Shown here piece after piece: positions 10,441 to 20,717 of a DNA stretch of 64,000 nucleotides (within the stretch, counting starts at the first letter, position 1; the number at the start of each line of letters is the position of its first letter). A program made the translations under genes and the position numbers. The notes below the pieces were generated by a model. It ran no database searches. It was not told the DNA's origin and saw only the letters and a list, made by a program, of their open reading frames with translations. This DNA is from an uncultured Rickettsiales bacterium (GTDB lineage Bacteria; Pseudomonadota; Alphaproteobacteria; Rickettsiales; JABDBP01). The stretch covers positions 2,191 through 66,190 of the forward strand of contig CAYVHI010000003.1 in NCBI GenBank assembly GCA_964450945.1, read 5' to 3'.

Positions 10441-11556
10441 ATGAAAGAAGATTCTTCCAAACGTAATTTGATTATATGGAGAGTGACAACACTGGCGCTA
10501 CTGGTGTTGTGCGGCTACATGTCTTGGATAATCTATTCCACATACAGCGTTCAGGAAAAAGACCCTATAGCGAGTGGCAAGCGCTTTATTATTTCTGTTG
10601 GTACTGGTGAAATAAGAATAAAGGAAAAGCTGCCTGAACCGCCGCAAGCTGCAGAACCGGCAAAAACAGAGGAACAGGTTTCATCGCATGAGCCAGAAAA
10701 GAAACCAGAAGGAGAAGAAAAAATCTCCTTCCCGGAAGTAAAGCCGCTGCCGCCAGCCGATAATGCTAAAAACGAAGAAAAGAAAGAAGAAGGTAATAAG
10801 GAAGCCGTAACGGTAGAACAAAAAACAGAAGTCAAGCCAGAGGCAAAACAAGAACCTTCCCCAGCAGTTCCTGATAAATCAAAACCAAAAATAGCTATAA
10901 TCATGAGCGGGCTTGGCCTGAGCAGGACAAGCACAACAGAGGCTATGAGCCTTCCTTCAGTAATAACTTTCAGTTTCTCGCCATATTCAAATAATCTTGC
11001 TGAGTGGGTTTCTCAGGCAAAACAAAGTGGCCATGAAATATTACTGGATTTTCCTCTCGAGCCTAATGACTACCCGATAACTGACCCAGGGCCATACGCA
11101 CTGCTTAATTCCCTAAGCAAAGAAGAAAATTTATTAAGGTTCCGTTCTTTGCTTGCCCTTGTTGAAGGATATAGCGGCTTGCTTACCGCAAAGGATGAAA
11201 AATTCACTGCATCGGCAGTAAACCTTGCGCCAATCATAAGCGAAATAAAAGATCGTGACCTGAAACTGATATTTTCTGAGCGCAATCCAAGCAGTCCGGT
11301 TTTTGCGCTTTCGGAAAACATAAATTTCCCTTTCTGGTCAAGCGAGATGATAATTGACAGAAAAATCTCACGCGAGGATATAGAAAATAATCTTGCCGAA
11401 CTGGAAAAAATTGCTTTCTTAAAAGGTTCAGTGATTTGTACCGCAAGACCTTACCCCATTACTGCAAGGATACTTAAGCAATGGATGGAAAGCCTGCCTG
11501 GTAAGGGAATAGAGGTCGTGCCTATTTCTTCCATACCACGAGAGTCCAGACGGTGA
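10441..11556 (+). CDS. Divergent polysaccharide deacetylase (YibQ-like) with N-terminal TM and K/E/P-rich linker
   Basis: 'IAIIMSGLG', 'FSFSPY', 'GHEILLDFPLEP.DYP..DPGP'. The gpmI-ctpA-yibQ order is conserved. Confidence 0.7.
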   Translation: MKEDSSKRNLIIWRVTTLALLVLCGYMSWIIYSTYSVQEKDPIASGKRFIISVGTGEIRIKEKLPEPPQAAEPAKTEEQVSSHEPEKKPEGEEKISFPEVKPLPPADNAKNEEKKEEGNKEAVTVEQKTEVKPEAKQEPSPAVPDKSKPKIAIIMSGLGLSRTSTTEAMSLPSVITFSFSPYSNNLAEWVSQAKQSGHEILLDFPLEPNDYPITDPGPYALLNSLSKEENLLRFRSLLALVEGYSGLLTAKDEKFTASAVNLAPIISEIKDRDLKLIFSERNPSSPVFALSENINFPFWSSEMIIDRKISREDIENNLAELEKIAFLKGSVICTARPYPITARILKQWMESLPGKGIEVVPISSIPRESRR

Positions 11557-12026
11557 CAGAAGAGCCCAGAAGAACGCTTTACCGCATGGGCGTCGGCATA
11601 ATGCTGGTAAATAGAGACAGGCATGTTTTTACCGCCAGGCGTATAGATACACGTGCAGAAGCGTGGCAGATGCCACAAGGTGGTATAGATAAAAATGAAG
11701 AGCCACATGTGGCGGCAATGCGTGAACTGAAGGAAGAGATAGGGACAAACAATGCCAAGCTTATTATTGAAAGCAAAGAATGGTTTTCTTATGATTTGCC
11801 AAAATCCCTGGCAAACAAATTGTGGGGAGGAAGATATAAAGGGCAGAAACAGAAATGGTTCCTGATGGAATTCTTGGGTGAAGACAGTGATATAAACATA
11901 GCGACAAAGCGCCCGGAATTTTCACACTGGCAATGGACTGAACCGGGAAAAGTCGTGGATCTTATAGTTCCATTTAAAAAGGAATTGTACAGGCAAGTAA
12001 TAAAAGAATTTTTACCTTATTTATAG
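11553..12026 (+). CDS. rppH: RNA pyrophosphohydrolase (Nudix)
   Basis: 'YR.GVGI.L.N', 'WQMPQGGID..E....AA.REL.EE.G' Nudix box. Confidence 0.9.
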   Translation: MTEEPRRTLYRMGVGIMLVNRDRHVFTARRIDTRAEAWQMPQGGIDKNEEPHVAAMRELKEEIGTNNAKLIIESKEWFSYDLPKSLANKLWGGRYKGQKQKWFLMEFLGEDSDINIATKRPEFSHWQWTEPGKVVDLIVPFKKELYRQVIKEFLPYL

Positions 12027-12028
12027 AA

Positions 12029-14992
12029 ATGACGAAATTAAAAACAAAAATAAAACCGGAGCGGAAATGCGCAGTGTTCATACTTGGTATGCACAGGAGC
12101 GGTACTTCTGCCCTGGCGCGCGTTTGCAACCTGCTTGGTGTTGATCTTGGGAATAAATTCCTTGCTACAAATGAACATAACGAGAAAGGTTACTGGGAGC
12201 ATGAAGATGTAGTGAACATACATGACAGGATCTTTGAAGTTCTAGGTTCATCATGGGATGATACCAGGCCGCTTCCGGATAATTGGTGGGAAAGACAGGA
12301 TATAAAATCCTTGCGAGAAGAACTGGAAGGCGTGATTGCGCGTGATTTTGAATCTTCCGAACTATGGGGCTTAAAAGACCCGCGGCAAGTGCGGCTCATG
12401 CCTTTATGGCTGGAAATATTGAAGGAAAAAAATATCGAACCGGCTTTTGTAATCACGCTGCGCGATCCTTTAAGTGTTGCAAAATCCTTGGAAAAAAGAG
12501 ACTGGGCAGACCATGAGAAGGCGCTTCTTTTATGGCTCATCTATAACATGGATGCAGAACTTATGACCCGTGAATATGCACGGGTGTTCGTTAATTATGA
12601 TGATATGCTTTCTGACTGGGAAAAGCAGGTTAAGCATATAAGCAAGGAACTTGCACTTCCTCTTGCTGATAATGTGGCGCAGCAAAAAGGTAATATAGAA
12701 GAATTCCTTTCGCCGTCACTACGCCATCATCAGAAAGGAAAACTTATACTTACCACCAATACAAAACTTAAGAACTGGATAGAGGACCTGGAAAAGATCC
12801 TCTCTGGTTTTGCCGCAAATGCGCATGACAAGGATATAAAGCGCAGGATGGATAATCTGGCAGATGAAATAAATAATGAACTTAAAAATACAAGTGATCT
12901 TGCTGCCTGCTGGTTTCGTGAGGCTATAGCCAACCGCAAACGGATGGGCGAGGCTTATACGAAACTGCATGAAGCAAACCTGGCAAGGCATGAAGTAGAA
13001 AAGATATTAATTAATAAAGAGGAAGCGATAAAAAACCTGCAACGACGCATCGAAGACCATCATAAAACAATAGATGACCTGATGAATTCCACATCATGGA
13101 AAGTTACTGCACCTCTACGTGCCGCAGTAAGGGCGCTCCGACTTACAAAACATCTGATTCGTCCTGAAGTATACAGGGTAATGAGCCATATAGTGCGTAG
13201 CCAGGGCATTCGTGGATTGATGCAGCAGATAATGAGCCGTATTGCAGATAAGCATGTAACTGCAGATAAATGGTACCGTGAATATAAACCTTCACCTAAA
13301 ATGCTTGTAACTTTTATGGAGAAAAAATGGCCGGAAGAAGCGCCGTTTTTTTCCATAATAATGGGAGTGTATAACACAAGAGAAGAATGGCTGAGAGAGG
13401 CTTTGGACAGTATAATTGCCCAGACATACCGCAAATGGGAGCTTGTTTGTGTTAATGATAATTCAACATTGCCGCACATAAAACCCTTACTTGATGAATA
13501 CGCAAAAAAAGACATCCGAATAAAAGTAATTCACCAGGAAAAGAACAGGGGTGTTTCCGCATCATCAAATGTTGCAATTTCAGAATCAAAAGGTGATTAC
13601 ATCTGCTTCATGGATCATGATGATTATCTTGAACCGCAGGCATTACATCGTTTTGCAGAGGCAATTCTTGCGGATGATACAGATATTTTATATAGCGATG
13701 AGATATTGACTTCCGAAGATATAGAAGATTTGCAGAACTTTGAGCTGCGCCCTCAATTTTCCTATTATTTTTATCTTTCGCACCCTTATTTTGTCCATTT
13801 TGTTTCAATACGTGCAAGCATAATAAAAGAAGTTGGAGGGTTTGATGAAAGCTTTAAGGTTTCCCAAGATATTGACCTGATGCTGAAGGCCATCGAAAAA
13901 GCTAATAAGATAAGCCATGTGCCGGATATTCTTTATCGTTGGAGAGTGCATGAAACAAGCCTTGGTCATACATATATAGGTGATGTATGGAAGAGTTCAG
14001 CAAAGGCAAGGATTGATCACCTGAAACGGCGCGGATTCAGCCCTGAGATTAAAGAAGGCGTAGCTTCCAATTTTTATGATATTGATTTTTTCCCCGGTAA
14101 AGTTTCCAAGGTTGCAATAATAATCCCAACCAAGAATCGCGGTGATTTACTGAAGACGTGTATAGACAGCATAAAGAACACGACTGACAGAAAACTTTAT
14201 GACATATATGTGGTTAACCATGATTCAAATGATAGAGAAACACTAAGTTGCCTTGATAGCCTGAAAAAGGAACATACTGTCATTAATTATTCAGGGCCTT
14301 TTAATTTTTCCAAGCTGATTAATATTGGCGCTGCCGAAGCGGCAAAGAAAGACTACACACACTACCTTGTGCTTAATAATGATATTGAAGCGAAAGAGCC
14401 GGGCTGGCTTGAGCATATGGTAAAAATTGGAAATTATCCGGATGTTGGAGCGGTGGGTGCGATACTGCTTTACCCGGATGGTGTGATACAGCATGCAGGC
14501 GTTATTGTTGGTGTTCACGGTGCGGCAGAACACGCGCATAAATTCGATGAAATGAAAATTGAAGGAAGATATAACACAACCGATAACGGCTCTCTATACG
14601 CAAGCAGGGAATATAGTGCGGTTACAGCAGCATGTATGCTGGTGGATGCGAAAGTTTACCAGAAAGTGAAAGGTTTTGATGAAGAGCTGGCCGTTGGTTT
14701 TGGTGATACGGATATTTGTCTCAGGATTGGCGAGGCGGGGTATAAAGTTATGATGGACCCTTATGCAGTGCTTATTCACCATGAATCAGTAACCAGAGGT
14801 AAACCAAAACGATTGGTTGACCCACACCCGGCAGACAGCAGAAGATTCGTCAACCGTTATTATGATATTATCACCAGTTGTGATCCTTATTATAATCCTT
14901 TGCTTTCCAATATTTCATCCAAACCGGAACTTAGAATTGGCTGGCATTCACCTGAAAAACTGAAAGCAAGAACGGTTACCCTGAAGAGTTAG
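12029..14992 (+). CDS. 987-aa multidomain enzyme: sulfotransferase-like N-domain, coiled coil, two GT2 glycosyltransferase domains
   Basis: 'ILGMHRSGTSALA' (sulfotransferase 5'-PSB-like loop). There are two 'FSIIMGVYN/IIIPTKN...DND/NHDS...DHDD/NNDIE' GT-A style modules. Confidence 0.7.
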   Translation: MTKLKTKIKPERKCAVFILGMHRSGTSALARVCNLLGVDLGNKFLATNEHNEKGYWEHEDVVNIHDRIFEVLGSSWDDTRPLPDNWWERQDIKSLREELEGVIARDFESSELWGLKDPRQVRLMPLWLEILKEKNIEPAFVITLRDPLSVAKSLEKRDWADHEKALLLWLIYNMDAELMTREYARVFVNYDDMLSDWEKQVKHISKELALPLADNVAQQKGNIEEFLSPSLRHHQKGKLILTTNTKLKNWIEDLEKILSGFAANAHDKDIKRRMDNLADEINNELKNTSDLAACWFREAIANRKRMGEAYTKLHEANLARHEVEKILINKEEAIKNLQRRIEDHHKTIDDLMNSTSWKVTAPLRAAVRALRLTKHLIRPEVYRVMSHIVRSQGIRGLMQQIMSRIADKHVTADKWYREYKPSPKMLVTFMEKKWPEEAPFFSIIMGVYNTREEWLREALDSIIAQTYRKWELVCVNDNSTLPHIKPLLDEYAKKDIRIKVIHQEKNRGVSASSNVAISESKGDYICFMDHDDYLEPQALHRFAEAILADDTDILYSDEILTSEDIEDLQNFELRPQFSYYFYLSHPYFVHFVSIRASIIKEVGGFDESFKVSQDIDLMLKAIEKANKISHVPDILYRWRVHETSLGHTYIGDVWKSSAKARIDHLKRRGFSPEIKEGVASNFYDIDFFPGKVSKVAIIIPTKNRGDLLKTCIDSIKNTTDRKLYDIYVVNHDSNDRETLSCLDSLKKEHTVINYSGPFNFSKLINIGAAEAAKKDYTHYLVLNNDIEAKEPGWLEHMVKIGNYPDVGAVGAILLYPDGVIQHAGVIVGVHGAAEHAHKFDEMKIEGRYNTTDNGSLYASREYSAVTAACMLVDAKVYQKVKGFDEELAVGFGDTDICLRIGEAGYKVMMDPYAVLIHHESVTRGKPKRLVDPHPADSRRFVNRYYDIITSCDPYYNPLLSNISSKPELRIGWHSPEKLKARTVTLKS

Positions 14993-15002
14993 TTTTTTTC
15001 CG

Positions 15003-15042
15003 CCTCGCTTCGCTGGCTCAAGGCTGACTTGGTTTATTAACC
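15003..15042 (+). repeat. Family-2 repeat, partial copy (3' half)
   Basis: 'gcttcgctggctcaaggctga..ggtttattaacc' matches 30218-30251 of the full copy. Confidence 0.5.
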
Positions 15043-15061
15043 TCACATAACGGAAATAAGA

Positions 15062-15973
15062 CTAATCGTGGTAAATCATGGTGCCGGTGCCATGCTCGGT
15101 GAAGATTTCGAGCAGCAGAACATGCGGCAGGCGGCCATCTAAGATATGAGCCGCTTCGGTGTTATGTTTTACCGCATCTATGCAGGTTTCCACCTTCGGT
15201 ATCATGCCGCCGCTGATGGTTTTATCCTTCATCAGTTCATTGGCTTCGGAAACGCTTAAATCAGAAATCACATTCTTTTCCTTATCAAGCACGCCGGGAA
15301 CATCGGTAAGCATCAAAAGTTTCCGTGCAGCAAGGGCGGAGGCGATTGCGCCGGCAGCAGTATCTGCATTAATGTTATAGGTTTCACCGTTTTCACCGAC
15401 CCCAATTGGTGCAATGACCGGAATGATGTTCGATTCTTCAAAGAGCACCAAGATATCAGGATTTATCATACTCGGTTCACCGACAAAGCCGAGATCAAGA
15501 ATCTTCTCTATATTTGAATCTGGGTCTCTTTCAGTGCGGCGAAGTTTACGCGCTTCTATCAAATTACTATCCTTGCCGGAAATACCGACGGCCATACCGC
15601 CGGCTGCATTAATCTCTGTCACGATTTGTTTGTTAATGGTGCCAACCAGAACCATCTCCACAATCTCAACGGCGGATTTATCGGTAACGCGGAGGCCATC
15701 TACAAATGAACTTTTTATCTTTAAGCGGTCAAGCATCTTGCCGATCTGCGGACCACCACCATGAACTATCACAGGGTTTATACCAACCTGCTTCAATAGA
15801 ACAACATCATGAGCGAACTGTTTGGCAAGCTCTGGATCACCCATTGCCGCGCCGCCATATTTTATGACAAATGTATCACCAGAGAACTGGCGCATGTAAG
15901 GCAAGGCTTCCGCAAGTATGCGTGCCTTATCAAACAGCTGTTCCTTATCTAAATTCTTTTTCTTTCCTGCCAT
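15062..15973 (-). CDS. argB: Acetylglutamate kinase
   Basis: 'FVIKYGG.AM', 'VHGGGPQI', 'NINAD.AAGA.A', 303 aa. Confidence 0.95.
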   Translation of the reverse strand: MAGKKKNLDKEQLFDKARILAEALPYMRQFSGDTFVIKYGGAAMGDPELAKQFAHDVVLLKQVGINPVIVHGGGPQIGKMLDRLKIKSSFVDGLRVTDKSAVEIVEMVLVGTINKQIVTEINAAGGMAVGISGKDSNLIEARKLRRTERDPDSNIEKILDLGFVGEPSMINPDILVLFEESNIIPVIAPIGVGENGETYNINADTAAGAIASALAARKLLMLTDVPGVLDKEKNVISDLSVSEANELMKDKTISGGMIPKVETCIDAVKHNTEAAHILDGRLPHVLLLEIFTEHGTGTMIYHD

Positions 15974-15985
15974 AATTTATATATT

Positions 15986-16612
15986 TTATAACATTGCGGC
16001 TATTTCTGCACGTAAAACATCTATACCTTCGTTTTCCCTGGAGCTGGTTACCAGAACTTCCGGGTGGAGCGCAGTATGCTCGCCTGCTATTTTATTTATA
16101 GATTCAAAAATATCATCAATATTTTTCTTCTTAACCTTATCTGATTTAGTCAGCACTATCTGATATGACATTGCCGCATCATCCAGCACATTCATTACAT
16201 CATTATCACTATCTTTGAGGCCATGACGTGAGTCTACCAGCATGAAAACGCGACTTAAACCCGGACGGCCACGCAGATAATCGTATATAAGATAGTTCCA
16301 GCCTGCAACTTCCTTCTTCGCGGCCTTTGCATATCCATAACCGGGAAGGTCCACGACTATCAGTTCTTTTCTGACCATGAAGAAGTTAAGCTGGCGGGTA
16401 TGGCCAGGGGTTGCTGAAGTGCGAGCAATCTTTTGCCCAAGCACAGCATTCACTAGGCTTGATTTGCCCACATTTGAGCGTCCGGCAAAGGCAATCTCCG
16501 GCATATTATATGTGGGAAGGTCATCAACTTTTACCGCGCCAAGCAGGAATTTGCACTCGCCGGCAAACAGTTTTCTGCCACGCTCAAGCGAATCCTTATC
16601 ATGAATGGTCAT
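15986..16612 (-). CDS. engB: Ribosome biogenesis GTP-binding protein YsxC/EngB
   Basis: 'AFAGRSNVGKSSL.N', 'DLPGYGYA', 'LTKSDK'. Confidence 0.9.
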   Translation of the reverse strand: MTIHDKDSLERGRKLFAGECKFLLGAVKVDDLPTYNMPEIAFAGRSNVGKSSLVNAVLGQKIARTSATPGHTRQLNFFMVRKELIVVDLPGYGYAKAAKKEVAGWNYLIYDYLRGRPGLSRVFMLVDSRHGLKDSDNDVMNVLDDAAMSYQIVLTKSDKVKKKNIDDIFESINKIAGEHTALHPEVLVTSSRENEGIDVLRAEIAAML

Positions 16613-18312
16613 TTTTTTCTGCCCTTCAGTTTAATTCCGCGGGAAATTATATATTGCTGGCCTATGGAGAGCAGGTTGCTCCATGACCAGTAGATTACAA
16701 GGCCGGCAGGGAAAGAAGCAAACACAAACAATAATACGAAAGGCATTAGACGCATCATCTGTGCTTGTACGGGATCATTGGGGGCCGGGTTCATCTTTTG
16801 CTGGAAGATCATGGTAATCATCATTATAAGCGGCCATAGACCTATCATCATGAAAGCTGGTGGATGCCACGGTATCAACCCGAAAAGGTTGAAGATTGTG
16901 GTAGGATCCTGCGCGGAAAGGTCTTTTATCCAGCCAAAGAACGGCGCGTGGCGCATTTCTATGGTTATAAAAATCACTTTATATAAAGAGAAAAACACCG
17001 GTATCTGGATGAAAAGCGGCAGGCATCCGGAAAGCGGGTTAATCTTCTCGCGCTTATAAAGTTCCATTACTTCCTGATTGAGTTTTGTGCGGTCATCTTT
17101 GTAGCGATCCCGCAGTTTCATCATCTCTGGATGCAGGAGCTTCATTTTACTCATTGAATGGTATGATTTGTTGGCAATCGGGAACATAACCAGCTTAACC
17201 AATACGGTCAGGATCATAATGGCTATACCGAAATTTCCGACATGTTCATAAAAATATTTGAGCAGCTTTGTCATCGGTTTTGTAAGGAAATAATACCAGC
17301 CGAAATCTATTGCACGGTCAAACAGCCGGATATTATAGAGTTTTGCGTAATCCTCTATTAGATCAAGCTTCTTTGCTCCGGCAAAGAACAGTGTTTTTAT
17401 CTCTTTACTTTCCCTGGAAGGTATTACGATTTTTTCACCACGATAATCAGCCTGAAAACGATCTGTGCCATCTTTTTGGCTGTATGAATATTTTACATCA
17501 AATTTATCTGTCTGAGGTATGAAAGCGGTGAGCCAGTATTTATCAGTAATTCCCATCCAGCCGCCTTTAATGGTTTTTAATTCCTTATTTTTTTCTTCCT
17601 TCAGTGTTGCATAGGTTATTTCTTCCAGTGTTCCGCTTAAGACACCTAAAACCCCTTCATGCAGCACATAATATGCTGTGGCATCATGGTGGATGCGGTT
17701 AATGAGCCCGTAAGGGTGTAGAGATATCTCTATGCCTGAATTATTTTCAACGCGCTGTTTAAGCGTGAACATATAGTGATCATCAATCTCTATAGTTATT
17801 GAGAAGCGAATTTTCTGCCTATTTTCCCATGAAAGGGTTATCGGCTGTTTAGGGGTAAGAGTGCTGCTGCTAGCTTTCCATATAGTATTTGGGCCTGGCA
17901 AATCAATATTATCGCCCAGCCAGCCTGTCTCGGCAAAATAAAGGTCTTTGGCACCAGACGGTGAAAGAAGCACGACCTGGGGGCTATCTTTTTCCAGCCC
18001 CTGCCTGAATTCCACCAAAGTCAAATCATCTATCCTTGCGCCTTTGAGTGATATGGAGCCTTGTAGCCTATCTGCATTTATGCGAACCCGCCCGCCCTCA
18101 GCAATTATGCTTTTTCTATCCTGAAGCGATTCGGCAGTGCTCTGCTGGGCAGGCATAACCAAAGGTTTTTGCGCCACTGCGGCTTCCTTCTTCTTCAGTT
18201 CTTCCTGTCGGATTAATTCCCTCTGCTTTGGCCAGGTGTAAAAAACCTGCCAGCCGAGCAGTATAACTATCGATATTACAGTAGCTGTTAATAATCCTTT
18301 AGTATCCTTCAT
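16609..18312 (-). CDS. yidC: Membrane protein insertase YidC
   Basis: 567 aa with a large periplasmic domain, plus 'N.GIAI...T...K....P.......SM.KM..L.P....L...YKDD' and 'GC.P...Q.PVFF.LY'. Confidence 0.95.
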   Translation of the reverse strand: MKDTKGLLTATVISIVILLGWQVFYTWPKQRELIRQEELKKKEAAVAQKPLVMPAQQSTAESLQDRKSIIAEGGRVRINADRLQGSISLKGARIDDLTLVEFRQGLEKDSPQVVLLSPSGAKDLYFAETGWLGDNIDLPGPNTIWKASSSTLTPKQPITLSWENRQKIRFSITIEIDDHYMFTLKQRVENNSGIEISLHPYGLINRIHHDATAYYVLHEGVLGVLSGTLEEITYATLKEEKNKELKTIKGGWMGITDKYWLTAFIPQTDKFDVKYSYSQKDGTDRFQADYRGEKIVIPSRESKEIKTLFFAGAKKLDLIEDYAKLYNIRLFDRAIDFGWYYFLTKPMTKLLKYFYEHVGNFGIAIMILTVLVKLVMFPIANKSYHSMSKMKLLHPEMMKLRDRYKDDRTKLNQEVMELYKREKINPLSGCLPLFIQIPVFFSLYKVIFITIEMRHAPFFGWIKDLSAQDPTTIFNLFGLIPWHPPAFMMIGLWPLIMMITMIFQQKMNPAPNDPVQAQMMRLMPFVLLFVFASFPAGLVIYWSWSNLLSIGQQYIISRGIKLKGRKK

Positions 18313-18320
18313 ATATAATT

Positions 18321-18542
18321 TTAATCCTTTTTGCTCGGCACCGGATCATACCCGGACTGGCCGAAGGGGTGACACCTTAGAAGCCTTCTGATGGCCAGCC
18401 TTAGGCCAAATACTCCATGTTTCTCAATAGCTTCTGCTGCAAATTCCGAACATGAAGGAGTGAACCTGCATGATGGCAGCAGCATGGGAGAAATGCATAA
18501 TTGATATGTTTTTATAAGTAATAGGGTAAATTTTTTAAACAT
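18321..18542 (-). CDS. yidD: Membrane protein insertion efficiency factor YidD
   Basis: '[12 protein letters not shown]....G', 'R..RCHP...GYDPVP'. Confidence 0.9.
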   Translation of the reverse strand: MFKKFTLLLIKTYQLCISPMLLPSCRFTPSCSEFAAEAIEKHGVFGLRLAIRRLLRCHPFGQSGYDPVPSKKD

Positions 18543-18571
18543 TTGGGCGTTATATATAAGAAGTTAGGCTT

Positions 18572-18910
18572 TTATATCAAGCGAATTAATTTTTCCATAT
18601 CCTTTATCAGGTTCTGGAATGGGATGGTGAGGGCGCTCTTACGGCCTATAAGCACATAATCACAATCTGATTTTGCATGTTTCCTGAAAACTCCCGCTGC
18701 TGCATGACGTAGACGGCGTTTTACCCGGTTTCTTTCTGCCGCGTTGCCTATCTTCCTGCTTACCGTGAAACCAAGGCGGGGAAAAGTAATAGTTTCATCA
18801 TCTCTTTTTAGTGATTGCATAATAAAACCGGGCGCAACCATTGATGTGCCTTTTTTACTTATCTTCAAGAAATCCGCCCGATTTTTCAGGGTCAATATCT
18901 TATTATTCAA
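18572..18910 (-). CDS. rnpA: Ribonuclease P protein component
   Basis: Basic 112-aa protein with 'RLGFTVS.K.G.AV.RNR.KR.LR'. Sits between rpmH and yidD. Confidence 0.85.
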   Translation of the reverse strand: MNNKILTLKNRADFLKISKKGTSMVAPGFIMQSLKRDDETITFPRLGFTVSRKIGNAAERNRVKRRLRHAAAGVFRKHAKSDCDYVLIGRKSALTIPFQNLIKDMEKLIRLI

Positions 18911-18939
18911 CGAAGAAACCTGTAAGGTTACAGCTTTAT

Positions 18940-19074
18940 TTAAGCAGAAAGACGCTTGCGGCCCTTGCTTCTGCGACTTGCAACTACTTTACGGCCACCA
19001 GCGGTTGCCATGCGGTTCCTGAAACCATGCCTGCGCTTCCTGACAAGCTTGCTGCCTTGATATGTACGCTTCAC
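18940..19074 (-). CDS. rpmH: 50S ribosomal protein L34 (absent from the supplied ORF track, which lists nothing shorter than 60 aa; this is 44 aa)
   Basis: Hand translation of the minus strand gives (GTG)[49 protein letters not shown] lies 7 nt upstream of the GTG. Confidence 0.9.
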   Translation of the reverse strand: MKRTYQGSKLVRKRRHGFRNRMATAGGRKVVASRRSKGRKRLSA

Positions 19075-19241
19075 AAAATTACTCCAATGCTAAATGGAAG
19101 AGGGGGATATATATAGATTTCTTAACAAAAGGTCAACAATACATCTCTTAAATTATACAAATACTTTAAAAAATGTTATTGTATATCGTCTAATATGCTA
19201 TATTTTAACAGTTTTCATGGTTTATCGGCAGAAACAGGATA

Positions 19242-20717
19242 ATGTTCTCCTATTTAAGATACTTCTCAACCATTAGTTTTATATTGGTAATAATTGCTGC
19301 AATTATTGCCGGTATGTATTACCGCTCCGTGGTTGCAGAAGATATTATTAAGGTACTGGCAGAACGGAATAATATATCTTACGCACGGAATTATGTTAAC
19401 CTAGTATGGAAGAAACATTTCCAGAACTACCCTGCCCAGCAGATGAACAGCTATCCGGGAATTGCCGAATTCAGAGGCGATTCCGAAAGGTATCTTTCCG
19501 GAGTCCCGCTTACTGCATTTATGGTATATTCGCCCAAAGGGGAAAGTCTTATAGCCCTTGGTGAAAATAAACTGCAGAGTGTCGATACGGAAAGACAGTC
19601 AGATTTTGCCGTTGCCCAGCAAGGAAATGCTATCAGCAGGACTATTGGCGATAAATGGTCCAATGATTTTAAAAGCAGTGATACGAACAAGATAGTAGTA
19701 AGGAGCCTTGTTCCGGTTTTCATGGATGATTCCTCTACGCCTCTTCTTGCTGCGGTTGTTGAGCTTGTCTATGATGTCACGCCGTTATGGAAAGAGCCTA
19801 TACGCCTGCAGATTATTGGCACGGCAGTTATTATATTCATATTCTCGATACTTTATATTTCCCTGCTTTATACCATTTCGCGTGCGGAAAAGATTATCAC
19901 AAAACAACATGAATCAAACCTTGAACTTAGCGAAGCAAAGATCAGGGCGGAAGCGGAAAGCCAGGAAAAATCGAAATTCCTTGCCAATATCAGCCATGAA
20001 CTGCGCACCCCTCTAAATGCCATCATAGGTTTTTCTGAAATATTGAAAGATGAAGTGATGGGTCCGATAAACAATGACCAATATAAGGATTATATTAACG
20101 ATATACATGCCTCCGGCGTACACCTTTTAAGCCTTATAAATGACATCCTTGATTATTCAAAGGCCGAAGCAGGAAAGTTAGAAGTTGAAATGGTTGATGT
20201 GGATGTTACCAAGGTAATGCAATCGTGCCTGCGCCTGGTATCTCCGCGCGCAGAAGCGGCAAGTGTTATCCTGGTGGATGAAATTCCAAAAGACCATTAT
20301 GTGGTGAAGACCGACCCTAAACGCCTTAAGCAGATTCTGCTTAACCTACTTTCAAATTCAGTGAAATTTACCCCTGCACAAGGGAAAGTATCGCTTTCCA
20401 GCTGGTATAATGTAGTAGAGGGAACGCTGCATATAGAAGTGAAAGATACCGGCATAGGCATCGCCCCGAAAGATATTTCAAAGGTTATGTCTACCTTCGG
20501 GCAGGTGCAGAATGAATATAACCGGAAATATGAAGGAACCGGGCTCGGTCTGCCGCTTTCCAAAAAACTTATTGAACTTATGGGCGGCAGGTTCATTATT
20601 GAAAGCCAGGTTGGTACCGGTACAAAAATCACCATAGTACTGCCAAAAGATAAGATACAGAATGCCCCAGGACAACAACAGCAACAACAACCAGCCACGC
20701 AACCGCCTGTCGGTTAA
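19242..20717 (+). CDS. Membrane sensor histidine kinase (orphan), poly-Q C-terminal tail
   Basis: H-box 'SHELRTPLNAI', N-box 'LLNLLSNSVKFT', 'DTGIGI', 'GTGLGL'. The C-terminus is 'GQQQQQQPATQPPVG'. Confidence 0.85.
   Translation: MFSYLRYFSTISFILVIIAAIIAGMYYRSVVAEDIIKVLAERNNISYARNYVNLVWKKHFQNYPAQQMNSYPGIAEFRGDSERYLSGVPLTAFMVYSPKGESLIALGENKLQSVDTERQSDFAVAQQGNAISRTIGDKWSNDFKSSDTNKIVVRSLVPVFMDDSSTPLLAAVVELVYDVTPLWKEPIRLQIIGTAVIIFIFSILYISLLYTISRAEKIITKQHESNLELSEAKIRAEAESQEKSKFLANISHELRTPLNAIIGFSEILKDEVMGPINNDQYKDYINDIHASGVHLLSLINDILDYSKAEAGKLEVEMVDVDVTKVMQSCLRLVSPRAEAASVILVDEIPKDHYVVKTDPKRLKQILLNLLSNSVKFTPAQGKVSLSSWYNVVEGTLHIEVKDTGIGIAPKDISKVMSTFGQVQNEYNRKYEGTGLGLPLSKKLIELMGGRFIIESQVGTGTKITIVLPKDKIQNAPGQQQQQQPATQPPVG

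Noticed and set aside
19075-19241. Replication origin or dnaA region next to rpmH.
   Set aside because: No dnaA gene is present and I could find no clustered TTATCCACA-like boxes. The next gene is a histidine kinase, and alphaproteobacterial origins are usually not at rpmH.
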